NCBI GenBank assembly: GCA_973851085.1
Contig: OZ316775.1
Coordinates: forward strand, 15,252,001-15,316,000
Source: Ptychomitrium polyphyllum
Lineage: Eukaryota
Reading direction: 5' to 3'
DNA: 64,000 nucleotides
Shown: positions 13,423 through 26,678 of the stretch, piece by piece
Layout: each line of letters begins with the position of its first letter
Numbering within the stretch: position 1 is the first letter of the stretch
Program-made: the position numbers and the translations under genes
Notes under the pieces: generated by a model
The model's database searches: none
The model's input: the letters and a program-made list of their open reading frames with translations, nothing else
What the model was told of the DNA's origin: nothing

Positions 13423-15900
13423 GCACTTCTCCTCTGTCCTCGTCCCCCCTGCTCCTTGACATGACAGGAGCCCCTCCTCGTCCCCGCCGAACCGCGCTGC
13501 ACACCGCCCGCCCAACCTGCAACGTCCCACCGGGTCAGAGACCAAGCCAACCCTCCAGCCTCCCACCACCGCACATGCAAACACCACACACGCGCCCCGC
13601 CCGCCCCGACCCAGCCCACCACACGCTAACGCCAAGGCCGACCCGGATGCCCACCACATGCACACCCAGGCAGACACACTACACCCACACACCCGACACG
13701 GCCCCGAGTGCCACCCCGCACCCCCCTCCACACTCTCCTCCCCGCACGGCAACCAGCGTGCATGATCCACACTCACGATCCCACGTCTCCATCGCATCCT
13801 CAATCCACGTTCCTGTCCGCGTCTCACGTCAACGGCAGCCACGTCGGGCAGAACGAGAGAGAGCGGTCCGCGGCTCCACGACGCATCCCACCCCTACAGG
13901 GCATCCGCACCAGCGTCCGGGAGGGTGCGCTCACAGGCCCCCGGACATCCCCCAGCTGGAGCCCGCCATCGGCCACGGGCGCCTCGTCCCGCGCCCATGC
14001 CGCCACCAAACAACGCTCATCGCTCCACCGAGCACGACTCACGGCGTCCATGGATCCACCCCCGGGCCCTGCTCCATCCAGGACGCACGGGCTGCAATCC
14101 AGTCCGCTCCCAGACGTGCTCCGACGTGTGCCCCGAGCCACCAGGCCGCAGGTCATCGCCGAGAGCGACACTGCTCACGCCGGCCCCCGCACGCCCGAGC
14201 CCGTTCCCCAAGGCACGCCACGGTCGCACCTCCGGCACTCGCAGCACCACCACGCTCGGACGGGAGCAGCCGGGATGGACCCCCCGACGCAAAATGCGGG
14301 CCTCCAAGGAATCCCACGCCCTCCCATCCCCCACGACCAACACATCCGCCTCCGCGCGCGGCCCTCCGGCACCCCCCGGCCCCCGAACTCGCCGAAACGA
14401 TCCCACATGCAGCGCTGCGGACCGAAATTCGGAACAGGGGCAGCCCAGGCAATCCCCCGCGCCGTCCCCCCGCTGCTCGAGGCCAAGAAACGCCGCCCCC
14501 CGCGGAACATCGCACTCCAGAGCCAAAAACCCTAGACATGCGCACCATCCACCCCGGCAGCGGGACACGGAACCGAGCGGCCGGGCCAGCGCCACCGGAA
14601 GAATGCCAGAGACGGGCCCGCTGGAGGCCACGCACCCGGGGAGGGCCGCCCCCGCACCACAGCCAGCCGGGGGGGAGCCAGGGCGAGCGCCGGAGCGAGC
14701 CACGGGCTGATTTCCTCGCGGAAAACCGCCGGCATCCGCCAACGCCTCCACAATTCGGAAAAATCCGCCCCAATCCGCCGCCGCAGAGCTCCACCCCGCC
14801 CCGGCGACAGCCCCTCCGTCGCAGAATCCCCCGAGAGAGGCCGCGAGGTCCCGCGACGACACAAACCCCACCCACGAAACCCTAGAATACCCGACGGGAT
14901 CGAAATCAGCCACGTACCTGCGCAATCGAGCCCGGGCTCGCGATGGCCCAACGCCACCACCGGGATGCCGCGGGCGACCACCGATGCCCGCACCGAATTG
15001 CCCCGCAAATCGATCCGGGCCCCCAATCCGGGCGATCTCGCGACGCCCACCCCTAAAATTTCACGCGGGGAGCACCTCGCGCCATCCCGCACGCCGCACG
15101 CCCCCCAATTCCCGCCCCAGCGCCCCCACCGCCACCTAATCCCAGCTCCCAATCGCATGCATCGCGTCCAAATTGCTTCCCGAATCGCGTCCAGCCGTCC
15201 GCCGGGGTCGTCGACGACGACGCTGGGGCTCCAAGTTGGAGCTCCAGCCCCGCACCCTGCCTACCGTATACGCCCCGCTATACGGTACGCCCCGCGCCCG
15301 CTACCATACGGCCCCCGGCGCCCGTTCCCCCCGCTCCCCACCGCCCGCGCCCTCGCCCGCCCGCGTTCCCCCGCGTACCCCGTACGGGAACCCCGCCCCC
15401 GCACGCCGTATGCGAACCGTATCCCGGCGCCTACGCCTTCAGCCGACTCCGACTGCGCTCCCTCGCTCACCAACCTCGACGCCGCTGCGGAGGCCGGATC
15501 CCGACCATCGCATCCGCTCCGCGTCGCCCCTCCCGCCCCCGCCCTCACCACGCCCGCCCCGTCCTCCGCAGCCCGATTCCACGATCGCCCACCGTCGCCG
15601 CCATCCGCATGCGAGTCGTTCCCTCCTCTGTCGTACCGGCGTGTCCCCCCGCAGCCACCATCTCCTTCGGACTCCAACAGCTCGGCGCAGCCACAGGGGC
15701 TCTCTTATTGCCGGAGCGCTTGCGGCGAGGCTCGCTATCCCCCATGGCCGGCATGCCGGGTGTGCACTGCAATCTGCGAGCCGACTGCGCGACGGCGTTG
15801 CGTGACCCTCCTCACGTGACCCAACTGGCGGTGGCGGTCTTCGAGGCTTTCCTGGAGCACGGTTCTTTAGCCGGGCTCCGGTCTTGTGCCGACATGAGTT
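13423..15900 (-). promoter_or_regulatory. GC/CpG-rich promoter and 5' UTR of EAF1 with a probable ~1.4 kb 5'-UTR intron (mirror 54636-57113)
   Basis: On the right copy: donor GCAG|GTACGT at ~55618, acceptor TTGCAG|G at ~57019. Telo-box AAACCCTA at ~14527 and ~14877. Confidence 0.5.
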
Positions 15901-17555
15901 AATATCTTTGATGAATGGGTAGGGCCAGGATGATATGAACTTGCTACTTTTATGAATAGGTGTTAAGTTCTGGTCGTTGGTAATGAGATTTTATAATTTG
16001 TTATTATTGCTCTTTAGTGTAGAATTATAGAATTTTTTTTTTATTATTTGTTGTAGTTTTTTAGGCTTTTGGTCTTTCATAGGGATTGAAAGTTGATTTG
16101 TATGGTGTTCTTTTTTTCGATATTGATTATGTGAAAGGTGTTTTTTAGTTTTGTTTGTTGTCTATTCTATTTATTGAATATTAGGATATCTATGTAATTT
16201 TGGAAGAACAGTAATTTTGTTTTAAGTAAATAGAATAGTTGCTGGATGGACATTTTGATAAGTGATTAAAATCTAGTAGGATATTTAGATTTGAATTATG
16301 AACAATAATCATGCAAGATCAATTTATATATGTATTGTTCAAGTACTTTTGAAGTTTTGTGTGTTTCCCTTTCGCAAAAATAAGGTTTTATTTTTATTAT
16401 GATATCTCAATATAGCTAATATTCATCATATCCTTAATTCATTGTTATGTATATCTCTACATTCTTTGTACATCTTTTTTTTATGATAGCTTATCTTTTC
16501 AATTTGTAGTTCTCTTTTTTGTTAATATTGTGGAATCGTGGTCAGTAGTATCACAGGGTATTATTGAAAGCTAAAACTCCAAATTGGAGGAACTTCTTGG
16601 TGGCATGGAAGGTTCCATTTTATAATTACTTGATCTTAAGGCCAAATGCTAATTTAGTATATGCTCAAATTTAGTGTTTAGCTATTTATAAGCTTATGCA
16701 AAAGATATCTGTTTGGATGTCTTCAATGGTTCACAATGGTTCAAGGTTTGGATATGCACGAAGTTAAATTTAGGGTGCAAAGTTAACTACACTAGAATGC
16801 ACAGGTAGGCAGTTTCTTTTTTACCAATGCACCGGTCCTCTTAATTGGCAACTGTACATTGGGTTAGGATCAGAGGTTTCACTTTTGTTTGCACGTACGC
16901 TCTCATCACTTCTGGAATTGTGAAGTTACATTATTCAATAAAGGAGGGTGAAAGAGAGTAATGTTTGGATTCAGATGATTGATTTATGTGTACATTTAAT
17001 GAATCATCTTTTGGCAGGCCCTGTCAGTTAATTTAGATGCATATCTGAAATCCAAGGAGCACAGAATATGCAGGAGTAAGTCTTGTGCCCTTTTGTTCCA
17101 ACCGAGAATCTCCCGGGCTCAAGTTCCTACATGATCCAGCCCCTACCTATGTATCAAGTCTAGGTACATGTTATGTCCACTTCATACATATGTATCACTG
17201 GCAGACACAAACACAGCGAAATTACAGTAGAGTCGAAAAGTCAAGTGTAGGTGCCTCAAAATCACGAGATAATCGGAAACTGATAGGAAAAGAACCTGAA
17301 ATCATCCTGGAAAGAATGTTCAAGACCGACTGTGACTTGTTTCCTTTCTCGAAAAACCTCCGTTACAGACTGAATGAAACAACGTTCATCCTGTATTTTT
17401 ACTTTCATTGAAAATAATTAAGGTCCATTGCCCACCGGGTTTGTCTCAGACATCTCCAAGGAATGAATTCGATCAATTCACCATCACCTCGAATTTCCTC
17501 ATTTTGGCCACTTCAGATTGGGGTTTCCGAAATTCTTCTAACCATATTTTTAATT

Positions 17556-18777
17556 CTACGCAGTGACACCCAGTGCTGCCATCAATGCAGCACATACTTC
17601 AACGCCAGCTTGAGCCTCTGCCTTCTCCAGATCGCTCTTCGCAGAAGTCATTTTCTGAGTATACTCCGCGAAATCCCTTTTCACTTCCTCGTTATCAAAC
17701 CTATCCATAGGTACTGCCTCAATTGCAACGACGTCTGCCACAGAGTTGGCGTGTACAAATACAAATCCACTGCTTATGAAGTAAATTTTAGGTGCTTCTG
17801 TACCATCGTGAACAGAGAGAATTCCAGGCTGCAATTGTGCTATGGTTGGGACATGGCCAGGCAAAATTCCCATCTGACCTGATGTTGCCGGCACAACGAC
17901 AGAGTCTACCTGCAGAAATTACCACAGTTTGCGTAAGCACGGTACAAGCTCTAATTGGAACTTCAAATTGGACACGCAATATCAAGGACACCATGCGGTA
18001 CGCATAGCTTCACCAGTAGCCTCGTAACATAATCCACATACAAACAATACATGAGTTCAATGTAGTTGAAGCTATACACTGTCAACGACGTTCATGCTAT
18101 CAAGTATATGTGCATTCCTTGGAGATAGTAGAGATTTTAGCTTGATGCAGATAGCTACAGCATGTATAATACGCAAACAGCGACAACAGCTAGCTATGGA
18201 TATCTAATGTCAGATTAATTGCATCATTGAAAGATGTCCAACGTCCTAATTAGAGGGAATCCGTGAGAAGGACTATCGTACAGCTTCAGAGCAAAGTTTA
18301 TTCACCACATCAAGAGCAGGGTACAAATGTGCCGAACCTAAGTGCATTGCACAGTCGAACAAATAATTTGTCATAGACTATGATCCACGCATTGACCTAC
18401 GGTTGGAGACGATCACTGTATCATGCTCAAAAGTGGTAGAAATTAAAGATCTATATCCGAGAACTTCAGAGAGGTACACTGACCGGCTTGGCATTTATCT
18501 CGAACATGTGAGGAAGGACGAGGTTCAGAGTGAGCTTCGCAGGTATGGTGGCTGGAACAGGCGGTCGGGCAACCATATAGTTGCTTGGAGAATTCGGTAA
18601 ATCGTAATTCGGAGCGATCTTTTTCCAGTTTTCCTTGAATTTCTCAGATATATTCGCCTGCCCAGTTGGAGAGTTTTCTCCAACTATTTTCGCATTGTCT
18701 GCGAAACAACGAGCAAACATGGGCCGAGCTGCAGCCCATGTCCGCAGGCCGGACCTCAGCCCCCGCCTCGCGAGCAT
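17556..18777 (-). CDS. Mitochondrial F1 ATP synthase delta (delta') subunit precursor, left copy; exons 18777-18484 and 17909-17556, 215 aa
   Basis: Arg-rich transit peptide [110 protein letters not shown]. One phase-0 GT-AG intron. Confidence 0.95.
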
Positions 18778-19879
18778 TATTTCTTTTGACAACAGAACAG
18801 ATACAAAAAACCATGTAAGTAACGTAGCACAGTTGCGAACAAAAACCTACACTGCAGTCCCTACCACAACCGAAGCATTACCATCTCAAATTTCACGTTC
18901 CGGACCAGTCTCTCACCCAAATCAGCCACCAACAACAAAAACCTTTTCTATCCGGGAAGAAACTGCAATGCCAATCCAAGACCACACACACCATTTGCTG
19001 CAGAACCAATACCTCACACCACGACCATTAGCAATCAAGAAAGAGACAGGACCAACCAACCAACTAACCAACCAACCAGGCAGGTCCCCCACGAGCACTT
19101 GGCAGTAAAGCTTTGTACCCTTTTATGTATCATCTAAACAGTCCAGGCACACTATACGACTACATATCGAGCCGCAACACAACCTGCCTGCCAGTGCGAG
19201 TTACGATGACAAGTTAGTGGAGTGAGGAAGTTGGTTGCAGGCAAAGCCACAGCGCATGCAGAGTACGTACCAATACAATATCGATGCCGTAACTAACCGA
19301 GTCAAGGCTTTACTGTGGTCCTACAACGTCGGAAGCTACAACATGCTGCACCGGTGAGCTTGCGAAGATGGTGTTGCGCGTGAGGTCGCAATGGCGGCAG
19401 CCTCAAGAATCAAAGAAGCTGCGCCCTGGAAACAACACGACGAGGGGTCCATTGCTACACCTTCAACGACGGCTGTTCCCTGAATTTGTCACATCGCACA
19501 GTAAATTCCTTGTTCCGTTACCCTTTCACACCCGTAAATGCCTTTGTTCCCTTAACCGCTACCCGCATAAATGCCCCCTCTGCTCTCTTCACTGTAGCTC
19601 GGATGGTGAGATCTGCAACCCCTTAACGGACGCCTATGTCCAATGTCCGTTTGGAGTACATAACAGGGTAGTCCCTCCTGCAGCAACCACATTTTTTACC
19701 TTTCGGAAAATAGAGTTCATCTTGTAGTAACTTACTGACTCCATTTAACTTAGCAAAACATAGAAAAGATAATTCTTTCTCCTTTTGTATTTGGTCTTCA
19801 TGATTTCAATTTCTTAGGTTTTTATGCAAAGTATGAAAATAAATCTTATATAGTCTAGTTATGCCTATTCATACTAATA

Positions 19880-20080
19880 ACTAACTTTTAATTTTAATTT
19901 TACTTTTTATTTTTTTGTGTAATTTTTATTGTTTACTTTTAATTATATAATTTTTTTTTAAATATTATTATTCATCTTTTATTTTTATGTTGTTTTTCTA
20001 TTATTTTTTATTGTTATGTTATTTTTCTTTTATCTTTTATTATTATGTTATTTTTCTTTTATCTTTTATTTTTTATTACT
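19880..20080. repeat. T-rich low-complexity tract with a ~29-bp tandem unit (mirror 50456-50656)
   Basis: TTTTATT(A/G)TTATGTTATTTTTCTTTTATC occurs twice in tandem. Confidence 0.7.
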
Positions 20081-20085
20081 TACTT

Positions 20086-20700
20086 TATAAAACAAGGCTT
20101 TACAATTTTAGGATATGGAATAAGATATGTCCAACATATATTAGAAGTAAAGAATTATACCAAGGTACAAAAACAAGGCCAAAACAGCTATACCATAAGA
20201 GATGTGTTATTGAGATTGAAGATTCTTTTAGCTTCAACTCCTATATATACTAGAATTATAAGCCTTGGAAGCTTCTTCAGAAGCTTCTACTACATTGCTT
20301 TGTACTCAAGCAATTTCAAGTTACTTCCTTGAAGCTTCTTAAGCTAAGGTAATTTCTTTAGAAGCTTACTAAACCTTGTAAGAACCTTTCTAGATGCTTC
20401 TAATATGTACGTCCATGACATCACTTCCCTTTCTAGCTTTGAGGTCTCTATAGAGTGTCTTGCAACAAATGCTCAAAAACTGAGGAAGTCAAAAATTTGT
20501 TGCATAGTGTCTACAACATACTCCAATTACCTTTTATAATTCAAATAATTTATGAATCCTTGTAATCATCAATAGTATCCAAGGCAATCTATTTGAAATC
20601 AAGCACGAACTTCCATATTTTAGTTGTTAAAATGTCTTTCAAACAATGCTTTCGGATAATCCTCATGAGTAGGCTGTACTTCAAAGACAATCACCAACAA
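20086..20700 (-). mobile_element. Mirror copy of the older LTR-element remnant
   Basis: Reverse complement of 49836-50450. Confidence 0.7.
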
Positions 20701-23700
20701 TGTCGCAATCCTTGCAATGCACCTTAGCAAGCGTTACGCGCGTCAACCCTGTACACCCCCACATGCACATGGTTAATCTCCATTCTCACTTTCCAAGCCT
20801 TTCTACCATTTCTCTTAGGACACCCAATTTATTAGTAGCCAATGGTTAGGTGTGAACTTCCATTCATGTCCAAGGCCTCACTTGGTGTTACTCCCATTCC
20901 ACACGGCCTAACCGCACTTAGTGGTATCTCCTCACCACCACTCATGATGCCTAAGTGATCCTAAGATCACCCCGGGCCATCATGGTGCCGGCGTGAAGAC
21001 ACCACCCCAATTTAGTGGTAACAAGCGTACCCTTTTGAACGTGCTAGTTTCCTTTGTGAAACCGGCCGTCCACCGGCTCACAATGGTGTGGGAGTCCCCG
21101 TGGTGAAGCCCCAACACTAGCTCCACCAACCGGGACTCACCCTTGGTCTCTACCAAGACACTAGGAGAGTAGGGAGGGGAACCAGCCCTCCCTTATAGTA
21201 CTCTCTGTGGGATTCGGCAGGCCCCCTGGCCCTCTGGAGCTAGCTGAACCCCAACACACCTAGAGTTTTGGAAGACCACCCGATCCCCCTTGGGACTTAG
21301 CCGCTAGAAGCCTCCGGGACTCCCAGCGGACCTTTAGGGCGCCATAACTTCCTCATCCGGTGCCCGAATGTATCGAGCGACCACTCTATCGTCATGTACT
21401 CTTTGCGTAGATGCCGATAGATTCCTGAAACGTCCGATTTGAAATAGTATTGTGGAAGATACGCCTCTCCCAAGGTTCGGGACTCCCGGGGAGTCCCTCC
21501 CTGGATTGTTCTACTCCAGCACAGTTACTATATAGGGCTGCCACACTCCAGAACAGCCCCTTGGCAACCCCAACTTTGAGGTGCCATAACTTTTAATTCC
21601 CATGTCCGATTTGGGCAATCCTTAGCATTCTAGAATCAGCTCTTCATGATTCCTTTAATGCCCACGATTTATCCCTCGTGGCCCTCGATCTACATGGGCA
21701 AGGATGTTTCTCCCCCTAAAGGTCCTTCTCATGTTAGGCCCACTTGGTTCTCCTCATTATTGGCGCAACAAGTCTCGGACGTCACTTCGGGGTCCTCCTT
21801 CTGCCCTTAGTGTTGCGGGCACTCCTCAAGGCGAGGTGCGCGTCAAATAGCTTTGCGGTCTTATATGTAGTTACGGTTTTTCTAGCTGGTACCATGTGCG
21901 CCAACTTGCTAAAGCGATCCACCATCACAAAGATGGCATTATGTCCTTGTGATTCCGGAAGACTTGTGATGAAGTCCATGGACATGCTATGCCATGGACC
22001 TGACAGAATTGGAAAAGGTTGTAGTAGACCGGCTTGCTTTTGGTAATATGCTCTATTGAGGTCGCATTTTACACAAGTTTTCACAAAGTCAGTGATGTCT
22101 GCTTTTATGCCCGGCCAATAGTACCTTCTTGACACCGCCGCTATGGTGGTTTTTTTCCCTCTATGGCCGGCTATGGGACTATCATGTTCTTCTTTCAAAA
22201 CCAACAACCGTAGTTTTCCTTGAGGCACATATTCCCGACTTTGTTTGTACTTGAGCAATCTCTTCTCCAACTTAATTTCCTTAAGTTTCTTACTCTTTTT
22301 AAGCTCATCAAGAAGCCATTGTGCTTCGAAGTCCTTCATGTACCCCTCTCTTATCTTCCTTTCCAAATTGCCTTCTCCCTTGTACATTACTCGCAGCACT
22401 TGGGTTGTGCCCATCGCTTGCAACTCCTCCCGCCTACTTAGAGCATCCGGCACTACATTGTCACGCCCCGGCTTGTGGATCAAATCCACATTCATGAGTG
22501 CCAAGGTGTCGTGCCACCTCAATTGTTTTGCACCCATTTGTGCCTGCGACTAAAAGTACTTCAAGGACACGTTGTCCGTGTAGACTTTGGTTTTATGTAG
22601 GCCCAAGTAATGCCGCCATGTTTTCAAACAATGCACTACGGCAAAGAGTTCTTTCTCGTACGTGGGCCACCTCTTTTGGCACCTCTTTTGAGCACTCCGC
22701 CAATGACAAAGTCACTTGCATCCGTGTGGACCTCAAAGGGCTTTTCAAACTCGGGAAACTTCAATACCGGCGGTTGTGACAACTTATCCTTGAATTCTTT
22801 AAAAGCTTGGTGACAAAGTTCATCCCATACTTGGCTAGCTCCTTTCTTCAACAAGACAAACAAAGGTCTAGCAATTTTGGAGAAGTTGCGTATGAACCTC
22901 CTATAATAATTTGCTACGCCGAGAAATGATCTCAGCCCCTTTTGTGTAGAAGGTTGTTTCCACTCTCTAATTGCCTTTATCTTCCTAATGTCCGGCTTGA
23001 TTCCATCATCCGTCACTATATGGCCCGAGAACTCAATCTCAAGTTGAGCAAACTCATTCTTTTCTCCGTTGGCATAAAGCCTTTGGACCCTAAGTTTTTG
23101 AAGCACCACTTCGAGGTGCCTTGTATGTTCTTCTGCCGACTTAAAGTACACCAAGATGTCATCAATATAAACAATGACAAAGTCATCTATCTCTTCTCGA
23201 AAGATGGTATTCATGAGGGTCGTGAACGTCGAAGGAGCATTACACAACCCGAATGGCATCACCAAAAATTCATAGGACCCATACCTAGTACGGCATGCGG
23301 TCTTTGGCACATCTTCATCCGCAATGCGGATTTGATAGTAGCCCGACTTCAAGTCTATCCGACTAAAGTATTTAGCTCCTGCCAATCTATTAAAGAGGTC
23401 ATCAATGCGAGGCAAAGGGTAGTTGTTCTTGATGGTGGCTTTATTCAAGGCTCTATAGTCGACACACATGCGGAGCTTGCCATCCTTTTTGTCTACGAAG
23501 AGGACCGGTGCTCCATATGGCGACTTACTTGGCCTAACATAGCCTCTTTCCAACAAGTCATTCAATTGCTTCTTCAACTCCTCTAGCTCTTTTTGATTCA
23601 ACCGGTATGGAGCCTTTGAAGGGGGCTCCGTTCCCGGTATCACTTCAATTTTGTGATCCACTTCTCTTCTTGGCGGTAACTCTGCGGGCAGCTCATTGGT

Positions 23701-26678
23701 GAGCACATCCCTGTAACCACTTAGTACATTTTGAATGCACTTGGAAATAGTCCTAACCTCCTTGGCACTTGGCCTATTCCCCTCTTCTTGCTCCATTTGC
23801 ATCACAACCACAAATTGGTTACTCACTAATTGTTCTAAAGAGACTAAGTTCAACTTGCCTCCCGCAACCATAGGAGTCCGAGTCAACTTCAATATTGCCT
23901 CCTTCCCACCACGGTGCACTACTAATCGTGCTCGCTTTCGCTTCACATCCACTACATGAGTTTCGAAAAAGGTATCACCTAAAATGAGGTCTACCTCATC
24001 CATCTCACATAGTGTAAAACTTTCCTTCAACTCCAATGTTCCACTGCTTAAGGCCACATCCAACACCGCCTCCTTTGTCTTGTACGATTTGCCTTTTGCA
24101 AATCGCACGTTGATGGACTTGCTAGCTTTTTGAGCCGACAAGCCCAACACCCATGCTAGCTTGGGACTCATAAAGGAGTGCGTTGCCCCTGTGTCAATCA
24201 AACATGAGACATTTTTGCCATTTATTTGGGCCTCAAGGTATAAGAGACTCGGCCTTGGCTTAAGGCTACTATCCTTGGCCATAAATCCACCTTCTAAAAT
24301 GTGATCTACAACACAAGTGTGACAAGCTTTGGTACTCACATTTTTATCAGGGCACTCCGCAATGAAGTGACCAATCTTGCCACACCCGTGGCAACGCTTG
24401 TGCTTCACCTCAGCACTCTTATCTCCCAATTTGAATGGTTTTATCTCATAATGGTCCACTTTGTTGTAGGCCCTTCCATCTACTTGTCCCTTGTGTTTGT
24501 TTCCAAAGCCAGATTTCTTGCGTTCTCCGCCGCGAGATACATTTCGGCTCAATCCACTTTGTTAAAAGGGACCACTTGATTTTCTTTCGGGTCCGTCGGC
24601 TTCAATTCTTTCCGCGATCTTAATGGTTCCCACCACGTCCTCCGGAAGCTTTGGGAATTTGAACAAGGCGTCCACCACCCACTTTTGAAGTCCACCCAAA
24701 AAGATGCATTTCTTTGAAAACTCATCCATTTTGAATGTGGCATTCATTTGGGCGTTCAAATCTTGCACATCAGTCTTGAGGGACCTCGTGTGCCTCATTT
24801 GCACCAAGTTCATGCCTTCCCTCAACTCTTGGTATTCCGGAGAGAAGCGTTCACTCAAAATTTCTTTAAAATCGACCAAGACAAAGTCGCCACCAACTCC
24901 GGCTCTTGCTTCTTTTTACTTGTCCAGCATTGAAGAGCACGGTCTTTTAGAAAGATCTCCGCAATTGACACCTTGTCCCCCTCGTCCGGCTTTTGACCCT
25001 CATAATAGTTGTCCATTTCCAAAAGAAACTCCTTCACCTTCCTGGCCTTACCTAGCCCAGAAAAAGTGCTTGGCATGTTCACGTTGGCCAACTTCTTGGT
25101 TGAAGATGAGGACCTGGAACTTTGTGCCATCAAGTGTTCAATCAACCTCTCTTGACGGGTCCTTTCTTCTTTGCCACGCTTGAGTTCTTGGTTCACACCG
25201 TCCATGAACTCTAGCATTTTCATATGAAAACTTAAGTCAGGGTCTTGACTTTCTAGACCCTCAGGTGGTTCAAGAATTCTAGCTCCTGAGTACTCTTTAC
25301 CCTCGAATGCTTTGTCTTGTTGAATTTCCTCAACTTTCTTGGTGACTCCAATGTTATTCTCTTGCTCATTGGAATCAATGGATGGAGCTTCATTAATCGG
25401 ATCGGGGTCTTTGTTCACCCTTATGCGTAGTCATTTAGAGGCCCCGGGTTCTCTGCCATCACCGACTTTTTTCTTACCCATTGCCTCCTCGCAAAGTAGC
25501 ACTTGGATACTCAAAGCCTGCTCTAATACCAAATGTCGCAACCCTCGTAATGTACTTTAACAAGCGTCACGCGCGTCAACCCTATACACCTCCCCATGCA
25601 CATGGTTAACCTCCATTCTCACTTTCCAAGTTCCTGTACCATTTCTCTTGGAACATCCAATTGATTGGTAGCCAATGGTTAGGTGCGGACTTCCATTCAT
25701 GTTTAAGGCCTCACTTGGTGTTACTCCCATTCTACACGGCCTAACTGCACTTAGTGGTATCTCCTCACCACCACTCATGATCCCCATGCGATCCTAAGAT
25801 CACCTCGGGCCATCATGGTGCCGGCGTGAAAACACCACCTCAATTTATTGGTAACAAGCGTGCCTTTTTAAACGTATTAGTTCCCTCCGTGAAACCGGCC
25901 ATCCACCGGCTCACAATGGTGTGGGAGTCCCTGTGGTGAAGCCCCAACACTAGCTCCATCAACCGGGACTCACCCTTGGTTTCTACCGGGACACTAAAGG
26001 AGTAGGGAGGGAGACCAGCCCTCCCTTGTAGTACTCTCTTTGGAATTCGGCAAGCCCCATGGCCCTTTGTAGCTGACTGAACCCCGACACACCCGAACAT
26101 TTGGAAGACCACCCAATTTGCCTTGGAACTTAACCGCTGGAAGCCTCGGGAACTCCCTACGGACCTTCAAGAAGCCATGTCTTCCACGTCCGGTGCTTGA
26201 ATCTATCAAGCGACCACTCTATTGTCGTCTACTCTTCGCGTAGATGCTGATAGACTCCTCAAACGTCTGATTGCAGTTAGTACTCTGGAAGATATGCCTC
26301 TCCCAAGGTCCGGGACTCTCGGGGAGTCTCTCCCTGGACTGTTCCACTCCAATACAGTCACTGTGTAGGGCTGCCACAGTCCAGCACAGTCCCTTGGCAA
26401 CATCAACTTTGGGATGCCATAACTTTTAGCTCCCTTGTCCGATTTGGGCAATCTTTAGCATTCTAGATTCAGCTCTTCGTGATTCCTTCAATGCCCACGA
26501 TTTATTCCTTGTGGCCCTCGATCTACATGGGCAAGGATGTTTCTTCCCCTCGGGGTCCTTCCCATGCTACGCCCACTCGGTTCCCCTCACTATTGGCGCC
26601 TCAAGTCCCGGACATCAAGTTGGGGTCCTCCTTGTGCCCTTAGTGTTGCGGGCATTCTTCAAGGAGAGGTGCTTGAAT
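20701..26678 (-). mobile_element. Left copy of the same chromovirus with an internal ~1.73 kb deletion (integrase core C-terminal part, chromodomain, PPT); 5' LTR 26678-25534, 3' LTR 21845-20701
   Basis: 638-aa PR-RT ORF 22636-24552 differs from the right copy at 3 residues; the integrase ORF 21782-22537 runs directly into LTR sequence (AKLFDA|HLALRSARNTKG). Confidence 0.93.

Larger units (their letters stand above)
6537..26678 (-). repeat. Left arm of giant inverted repeat (probably extends left of 6537, but the partner sequence lies outside the window)
   Basis: ORFs pair with mirror ORFs: coordinate sum 70536 from 6537 to 21845, and 68805 from ~22400 to 26678. Confidence 0.98.

Noticed and set aside
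1300..15900. Green-algal contamination or horizontal transfer as the source of the GC island
   Set aside because: Motifs are land-plant EAF1-type and the island is contiguous with the same flank in both arms. Not supported, though only a phylogeny would exclude it.
1434..15902. Dozens of long overlapping ORFs (up to 688 aa; 833 aa in the mirror) rich in P/H/T/R
   Set aside because: Shadow ORFs caused by stop-codon scarcity in GC-rich skewed DNA antisense to EAF1. One is broken by an arm SNP (9216), and none has recognisable domains.
19987..20332. Hydrophobic F/Y/L-rich ORFs
   Set aside because: Translation of a T-rich low-complexity tract and an LTR remnant.
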